A stretch of 64,000 nt of DNA from Eledone cirrhosa. Lineage: Eukaryota. The position numbers and the translations under genes are program-made. The stretch lies in the NCBI GenBank assembly GCA_964016885.1, contig OZ024740.1, positions 57,102,001 to 57,166,000 on the forward strand, read 5' to 3'. The notes beneath the pieces were generated by a model. It did not search any database. It saw nothing but the letters and a program-made list of their open reading frames with translations, and was not told the origin of the DNA. Numbering within the stretch: the first letter of the stretch is position 1; every line of letters begins with the position of its first letter. Below, piece after piece: positions 56,190 through 64,000 of this stretch.

Positions 56190-56720
56190 AAATATATAAA
56201 ACCATTAATGACGTGACCGGCTTCCCGTCACAGCTGGAGCAACTTTGCCTCAACCGTGATGATGGTAAGCGCCTGAACAGTATAACTCTCTTCTTGATCG
56301 AGGGAGAAAAATCTCTAATCTGGGATGCAACATGCTGCGACTCGTTCTCCGCATTCAACCTTATCGCTCCGGCCGCAAACCCGGGCACCGCCGTCCGCAA
56401 TGCAGAGAAGAGGAAGACAAACTACTACTGGAGCTTAACAGGCCATTTTCCTTTCGAGACCCCATGTGTCCTGAGTCCCCACACTGCTTTTTACCTCCGC
56501 AAAATCGGAAATACTGCAACACGCCTGATGTAAAGCCCGTGAGGTAGGGTGGTTGCCTTCGCCATTTCGTCTACGAGGAGCAGCTTAAGCATGTCACTCA
56601 ACCTGGGTTGTGCAGTCGAACACTTCCTCTCATGTTCCCTTCTTTCTTTGATTAATTTCACTTTCTTCCTTTTTTTCTCTTTTTTCTTTCAATAATTTGA
56701 AATAAATCGCATTCTTTTAT
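56190..56720 (+). pseudogene. Decayed 3' fragment of a CRE-like (RLE) LINE
   Basis: LNRDDGKRLNSITL..KSLIWDATCCDSF..PGTAVRNAEKRK (compare DGKRPDG..WD.T..AE..K..KY). Confidence 0.7.
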
Positions 56721-56734
56721 TTTTATTCTCTGTA

Positions 56735-59700
56735 ACTCTCTTTCCCTGTGCCTCTCATTAATTCTCTCTAGCTCTCTTTCCCTACGTCTCTAATTCATTC
56801 TCTCTAGCTATCTTTCACTACGTCTCTCATTCATTGTCTCTAGCTCTCTTTCCCTGTGTCTCTCATTCATTCTCTATAGCTCTCTTTCCCTGTGTCTCTC
56901 ATTCATTCTCTCTAGCTCTCTTTCCCTGTGTCTCTCATTCATTCTCTCTAGCTCTCTTTCCCTGTGTCTCTCATTCATTCTCTCTAGCTCTCTTTCCCTG
57001 TGTCTCTCATTCATTCTCTCTAGCTCTCTTTCCCTGTGTCTCTCATTCATTCTCTCTAGCTCTCTTTCCCTACGTCTCTCATTCATTCTCTCTAGCTCTC
57101 TTTCCCTGGGTCTCTCATTCATTCTCTCTAGCTCTCTTTCCCCGTGTCTCTCATTCATTCTCTCTACCTCTCTTTCCCTGGGTCTCTCATTCATTCTCTC
57201 TAGCTCTCTTTCCCTGTGTCTCTCATTCATTCTCTCTAGCTCTCTTTCCTTACGTCTCTCATTCATTCTCTCTAGCTCTCTTTCCCTGGGTCTCTCATTC
57301 ATTCTCTCTAGCTCTCTTTCCCTGTGTCTCTCATTCATTCTCTCTAGCTCTCTTTCCTTACGTCTCTCATTCATTCTCTCTAGCTCTCTTTCCCTGTGTC
57401 TCTCATTCATTCTCTCTAGCTCTCTTTCCCTGTGTCTCTCATTCATTCTCTCTAGCTCTCTTTCCATGTGTCTCTCATTCATTCTCTCTAGCTCTCTTTC
57501 CTTACGTCTCTCATTCATTCTCTCTAGCTCTCTTTCCCTGGGTCTCTCATTCATTCTCTCTAGCTCTCTTTCCCTGTGTCTCTCATTCATTCTCTCTAAC
57601 TCTCTTTCCCTACGTCTCTCAATCATTCTCTCTAGCTCTCTTTCCCTGTGTCTCTCATTCATTCTCTCTAGCTCTCTTTCCCTGTGTCTCTCATTCATTC
57701 TCTCTAGCTCTGTTTCCCTGTGTCTCTCATTCATTCTCTCTAGCTCTGTTTCTCTACGTCTCTCATTCATTCTCTCTATCTCTCTTTCCCCGTGTCTCTC
57801 ATTCATTCTCTCTAGCTCTCTTTCCCTGGGTCTCTCATTCATTCTCTCTAGCTCTCTTTCCCTGTGTTTCTCATTCATTCTCTCTAGCTCTCTTTCCTTA
57901 CGTCTCTCATTCATTCACTCTAGCTCTCTTTCCCTGTCTCTCATTCATTCTCTCTAGCTCTCTTTCCCTGTGTCTCTCATTCATTCTCTCTAGCTCTCAT
58001 TCCCTACGTCTCTCATTCATTCTCTCTAGCTCTCTTTCCCTACGTCTCTCATTCATTCTCTCTAACTCTCTTTCTCTACGTCTCTCAGTCATTCTCTCTA
58101 GCTCTCTTTCCCTACGTCTTTCATTCATTCTCTCTAGCTCACGTTCCATACGTCTTTCATTCATTCTCTCTAGCTCTCTTTCCCTGTGTCTCTCATTCAT
58201 TCTCTCTAGCTCTCTTTCCCTACGTCTCTCATTCATTCTCTCTAGCTATCTTTCCCTGTCTCTCTCATTCATTCTCTCTAGCTCTCTTTCCATGTGTTTC
58301 TCATTCATTCTCTTTAGCTCTCTTTCCCTACGTATCTCATTCATTCTCTCTAGCTCTCTTTCCCTGTGTCTCTCATTCATTCTCTCTAGCTCTCTTTCCC
58401 TGTGTCTCTCATTCATTCTCTCTAGCTCTCTTTCCTTACGTCTCTCATTCATTCTCTCTAGCTCTCTTTCCCTACGTCTCTCATTCATTCTCTCTAGCTC
58501 TCTTTCCCCGTGTCTCTCATTCATTCTCTCTAGCTCTCTTTCCCTGGGTCTCTCATTCATTCTCTCTAGCTATCTTTCCCTGTGTCTCTCATTCATTCTC
58601 TCTAGCTCTCTTTCCTTACGTCTCTCATTCATTCTCTCTAGCTCTCTTTCCCTGTGTCTCTCATTCATTCTCTCTAGCTCTCTTTCCCTGTGTCTCTCAT
58701 TCATTCTCTCTACCTCTCTTTCCCTGGGTCTCTCATTCATTCTCTCTAGCTCTCTTTCCCTGTGTCTCTCATTCATTCTCTCTAGCTCTCTTTCCTTACG
58801 TCTCTCATTCATTCTCTCTAGCTCTCTTTCCCTGGGTCTCTCATTCATTCTCTCTAGCTCTCTTTCCCTGTGTCTCTCATTCATTCTCTCTAGCTCTCTT
58901 TCCTTACGTCTCTCATTCATTCTCTCTAGCTCTCTTTCCCTGTGTCTCTCATTCATTCTCTCTAGCTCTCTTTCCCTGTGTCTCTCATTCATTCTCTCTA
59001 GCTCTCTTTCCCTGTGTCTCTCATTCATTCCCTACGTCTCTCATTCATTCTCTCTAGCTCTCTTTCCCTACGTCTCTCATTTATTCTCTCTAACTCTCTT
59101 TCTCTACGTCTCTCAGTCATTCTCTCTAGCTCTCTTTCCCTACGTCTTTCATTCATTCTCTCTAGCTCACGTTCCATACGTCTTTCATTCATTCTTTCTA
59201 GCTCTCTTTCCCTGTGTCTCTCATTCATTCTCTCTAGCTCTCTTTCCCTACGTCTCTCATTCATTCTCTCTAGCTCTCTTTCCCTGTCTCTCTCATTCAT
59301 TCTCTCTAGCTCTCTTTCCATGTGTTTCTCATTCAGTCTCTTTAGCTCTCTTTCCCTACGTATCTCATTCATTCTCTCTAGCTCTCTTTCCCTGTGTCTC
59401 TCATTCACTCTCTCTAGCTCTCTTTCCCTGTGTCTCTCATTCATTCTCTCTAGCTCTCTTTCCTTACGTCTCTCATTCATTCTCTCTAGCTCTCTTTCCC
59501 TACGTCTCTCATTCATTCTCTCTAGCTCTCTTTCCCTGTGTCTCTCATTCATTCTCTCTAACTCTCTTTCCCTACGTCTCTCATTCATTCTCTCTAGCTC
59601 TCTTTCCTTGTGTCTCTCATTCATTCTCTCTAGCTCTCTTTCCCTGTGTCTCTCATTCATTCTTTCTAGCTCTCTTTCCCTACGTATCTCATTCATTCTC

Positions 59701-62700
59701 TCTAGCTCTCTTTCCCTGTGTCTCTCATTCATTCTCTCTAACTCTCTTTCTCTACGTTTCTCATTAATTCTCTTTAGCTCTCTTTCCCTACGTCTCTCAT
59801 TCATTCTCTCTAGCTCTCATTCCCTACGTCTCTCATTCATTCTCTCTAGCTCTCTTTCCCTGTGTCTCTCATTCATTCTTTCTAGCTCTCTTTCCTTGCG
59901 TCTCTTATTCATTCTCTCTAGCTCTCTTTCCCTACGTCTCTCATTCATTCTCTCTAGCTCTCTTTCCCTGTGTCTATCATTCATTCTTTCTAGCTCTCTT
60001 TCCTTACGTCTCTCATTCATTCTCTCTAGATCTCTTTCCCTACGTCTCTCATTCATTCTCTCTAGCTCTCTTTCCTTACCTCTCTCATTCATTCTCTCTA
60101 GCTCTCTTTCCCTACGTCTTTCATTCATTCTCTCTAGCTCACTTTCCATACGTCTTTCATTCATTCTCTCTAGCTCTCTTTCCCTACGTCTCTCATTCAT
60201 TCTCTCTAGCTCCCTTTCCCTGTCTCTCTCATTCATTCTCTCTAGCTCTCTTTCCATGTGTTTCTCATTCATTCTCTTTAGCTCTCTTTCCCTGTGTCTC
60301 TCATTCATTCTCTCTAGCTCTCTTTCCTTACGTCTCTCATTCATTCACTCTAGCTCTCTTTCCCTGTGTCTCTCATTCATTCTCTCTAGCTCTCTTTCCC
60401 TGTGTCTCTCATTCATTCTCTCTAGCTCTCATTCCCTACGTCTCTCATTCATTCTCTCTAGCTCTCTTTCCCTACGTCTCTCATTCATTCTCTCTAACTC
60501 TCTTTCTCTACGTCTCTCAGTCATTCTCTCTAGCTCTCTTTCCCTACGTCTTTCATTCATTCTCTCTAGCTCACGTTCCATACGTCTTTCATTCATTCTC
60601 TCTAGCTCTCTTTCCCTGTGTCTCTCATTCATTCTCTCTAGCTCTCTTTCCCTACGTCTCTCATTCATTCTCTCTAGCTATCTTTCCCTGTCTCTCTCAT
60701 TCATTCTCTCTAGCTCTCTTTCCATGTGTTTCTCATTCATTCTCTTTAGCTCTCTTTCCCTACGTATCTCATTCATTCTCTCTAGCTCTCTTTCCCTGTG
60801 TCTCTCATTCATTCTCTCTAGCTCTCTTTCCCTGTGTCTCTCATTCATTCTCTCTAGCTCTCTTTCCTTACGTCTCTCATTCATTCTCTCTAGCTCTCTT
60901 TCCCTACGTCTCTCATTCATTCTCTCTAGCTCTCTTTCCCCGTGTCTCTCATTCATTCTCTCTAGCTCTCTTTCCCTGGGTCTCTCATTCATTCTCTCTA
61001 GCTATCTTTCCCTGTGTCTCTCATTCATTCTCTCTAGCTCTCTTTCCTTACGTCTCTCATTCATTCTCTCTAGCTCTCTTTCCCTGTGTCTCTCATTCAT
61101 TCTCTCTAGCTCTCTTTCCTTGTGTCTCTCATTCATTCTCTCTAGCTCTCATTCCCTACGTCTCTCATTCATTCTCTCTAGCTCTCTTTCCCTACGTCTC
61201 TCATTTATTCTCTCTAACTCTCTTTCTCTACGTCTCTCAGTCATTCTCTCTAGCTCTCTTTCCCTACGTCTTTCATTCATTCTCTCTAGCTCACGTTCCA
61301 TACGTCTTTCATTCATTCTTTCTAGCTCTCTTTCCCTGTGTCTCTCATTCATTCTCTCTAGCTCTCTTTCCCTACGTCTCTCATTCATTCTCTCTAGCTC
61401 TCTTTCCCCGTCTCTCTCATTCATTCTCTCTAGCTCTCTTTCCATGTGTTTCTCATTCAGTCTCTTTAGCTCTCTTTCCCTACGTATCTCATTCATTCTC
61501 TCTAGCTCTCTTTCCCTGTGTCTCTCATTCACTCTCTCTAGCTCTCTTTCCCTGTGTCTCTCATTCATTCTCTCTAGCTCTCTTTCCTTACGTCTCTCAT
61601 TCATTCTCTCTAGCTCTCTTTCCCTACGTCTCTCATTCATTCTCTCTAGCTCTCTTTCCCTGTGTCTCTCATTCATTCTCTCTAACTCTCTTTCCCTACG
61701 TCTCTCATTCATTCTCTCTAGCTCTCTTTCCCTGTGTCTCTCATTCATTCTCTCTAGCTCTCTTTCCCTGTGTCTCTCATTCATTCTTTCTAGCTCTCTT
61801 TCCCTACGTATCTCATTCATTCTCTCTAGCTCTCTTTCCCTGTGTCTCTCATTCATTCTCTCTAACTCTCTTTCTCTACGTTTCTCATTAATTCTCTTTA
61901 GCTCTCTTTCCCTACGTCTCTCATTCATTCTCTCTAGCTCTCTTTCCCTACGTCTCTCATTCATTCTCTCTAGCTCTCTTTCCCTGTGTCTCTCATTCAT
62001 TCTTTCTAGCTCTCTTTCCTTGCGTCTCTTATTCATTCTCTCTAGCTCTCTTTCCCTACGTCTCTCATTCATTCTCTCTAGCTCTCTTTCCCTGTGTCTA
62101 TCATTCATTCTTTCTAGCTCTCTTTCCTTACGTCTCTCATTCATTCTCTCTAGATCTCTTTCCCTACGTCTCTCATTCATTCTCTCTAGCTCTCTTTCCT
62201 TACCTCTCTCATTCATTCTCTCTAGCTCTCTTTCCCTACGTCTTTCATTCATTCTCTGTAGCTCACTTTCCATACGTCTTTCATTCATTCTCTCTAGCTC
62301 TCTTTCCCTACGTCTCTCATTCATTCTCTCTAGCTCCCTTTCCCTGTCTCTCTCATTCATTCTCTCTAGCTCTCTTTCCATGTGTTTCTCATTCATTCTC
62401 TTTAGCTCTCTTTCCCTATGTATCTCATTCATTCTCTCTAGCTCTCTTTCCCTACGTCTCTCATTCATTCTCTCTAGCTCTCTTTCCCTGTGTCTCTCAT
62501 TCATTCTCTCTAGCTCTCTTTCCCTGTGTTTCTCATTCATTTTCTCTAGCTCTCTTTCCCTACGTCTCTCATTCATTCTCTCTAGCTCTCTTTCCCTGTG
62601 TCTCTCATTCATTCTCTCTAGCTCTCTTTCCCTGTTTTTCTCATTCATTCTCTCTAGCTCTCTTTTCCTACGTCTCTCATTCATTCTCTCTAGCTCTCTT

Positions 62701-62935
62701 TCCCTGTGTCTCTCATTCATTCTCTCTAGCTCTCTTTCCCTACGTCTCTCATTCATTCTCTCTAGCTCTCTTTTCCTACGTCTCTCATTCATTCTCTCTA
62801 GCTCTCTTTCCCTACGTCTCTCATTCATTCTCTCTAGCTCTCTCTCCCTACGTCTCTCTTTCATTCTCTCTAGCTCTCTTTCCCTACGTCTCTCATTCAT
62901 TTTCTCTAGCTCTCTTTCTCTACGTCTCTCATTCA
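56735..62935. repeat. 36-bp satellite, roughly 170 units
   Basis: Consensus TCTCTCATTCATTCTCTCTAGCTCTCTTTCCCT(GT/AC)G. It produces the 12-aa periodic ORFs on both strands. Confidence 0.97.
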
Positions 62936-63183
62936 TCTCTCTATCTCTCTCTCCCTGTGTCTCTCTTTCATCTCTCTATCTCTCTCTCCCTGTGTCTCTC
63001 TTTCATCTCTCTATCTTTCTCTCCCTGTGTCTCTCTTTCATTCTCTCTATCTCTCCCTGTGTCTCTCTCGTATTCTGTATCTCGCTGTTCACCCTTTTCT
63101 GTCTTTCTCTTACAACGTGCATAGTATTTATGGCATCAAACTCTTCGTTTTTCTTCTCGCATCAGTCTTTCTTTTATATTCTG

Positions 63184-63242
<59 letters not shown>

Positions 63243-63420
63243 CAGACACACACACACACACACATATATATATACTCTCTCTCTCTCTCTCACTCCCTCC
63301 TCCCTCTCTCCTTCTCTCTCTTTCTCTCTCACCCACTCACTCTCTCTCTCCCCCTCACTCTCTCTCACTCTCACACTCTCTCTCTCACTCTCTCTCCCTC
63401 TCACTCCTCTCTCTTTCTCC

Positions 63421-63449
<29 letters not shown>

Positions 63450-63452
<3 letters not shown>

Positions 63453-64000
63453 GGGACTATGTAGAACGTCTATTGTCGCGGGTGGGACCAATCCAGTTGA
63501 CCACCGAGTCCATTGTCATGATCAAACCGCCACCCTCCTTCAAAAACGAAGGAGAGGCGGTTTTCCTATGTGTTATGGCTATGGTGAAAGAGGTTATATG
63601 GTGGACGAGGTTAAAAGGGCTGAGGTCAGACACCTTTTTCTCCGGCGAACAACTGATTCGCTTTTTCAAATATCATTTTGGAAGAAGAATCAGGATGGAG
63701 ATAGAGGTGCTGTACCCCAGCAAATTTTATGAAAGGTTTGTGAATGTGGCAAAGATGGCCCGAGCGGTTGGGCCTTCTCTCTATATAAGCCTATAGGGTG
63801 AGGAAAAAGAGGAAGAGAGGAAGGGAGTACTCACTCTTGGTGCTCCTGGAGATGAGGGTTGTACATTTTTTTTCGGAGTGTGTACAACCCCTGTGTAACG
63901 CCTCCCCCCTATTGGGGATTTCAATTGTTATTTGTTGTTTTATTAATAGTTTTATTTTCATATACCTGTATGTAAACTCCCCATTTGTATTTGTCCCCTT
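63450..64000 (+). mobile_element. 3' fragment of an L1/Tx1-like LINE ORF2 with 3' UTR
   Basis: ORF 63473..63796 (VFLCVMAMVKEVIWWTR..LIRFFKYHFGRRIRMEIE..F.ERF) resembles Tx1-type C-termini (K..IW..R..R.E..F..W). Confidence 0.55.

Noticed and set aside
56834-63732. 977-aa and 1572-aa ORFs and the MNERxREREL ORFs
   Set aside because: By-products of a stop-poor 36-bp satellite. No domain is recognisable and several frames are open.

Overview
Eukaryotic, microsatellite-dense and transposon-saturated DNA with no confidently identifiable host gene. The repeat families suggest a mollusc, probably an octopus; that is an inference. The window holds Penelope-like retroelements (PLEs) of at least three families: a near-intact C-rich element with ~570-bp direct pseudo-LTRs at 9920-15194, two copies of a second family, and an AT-rich third family. 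It also holds an open Gag-like CCHC ORF1 of an L1/Tx1-type LINE that the ORF track missed, RTE, R4/Dong-like, CRE-like and Jockey/I-like LINE remnants, Helitrons, a Tigger-like fossil, tRNA-derived SINEs and a 6.2-kb 36-bp satellite. The main unexplained signal is a dense set of type I hammerhead-ribozyme (HHR) motifs from about ten sequence families. Four sit in short non-coding elements built as partial tandem repeats (monomers of 272, 281, 420 and 519 nt), in or next to (TA)n tracts, which is the architecture of retrozymes. The 272-nt one is visibly derived from the family of the autonomous PLE in this window. Several unrelated short inserts share a (TA)n / inverted arm / direct arm + tail / (TA)n fold-back layout. 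All structures were paired by eye; no searches or folding programs were run.
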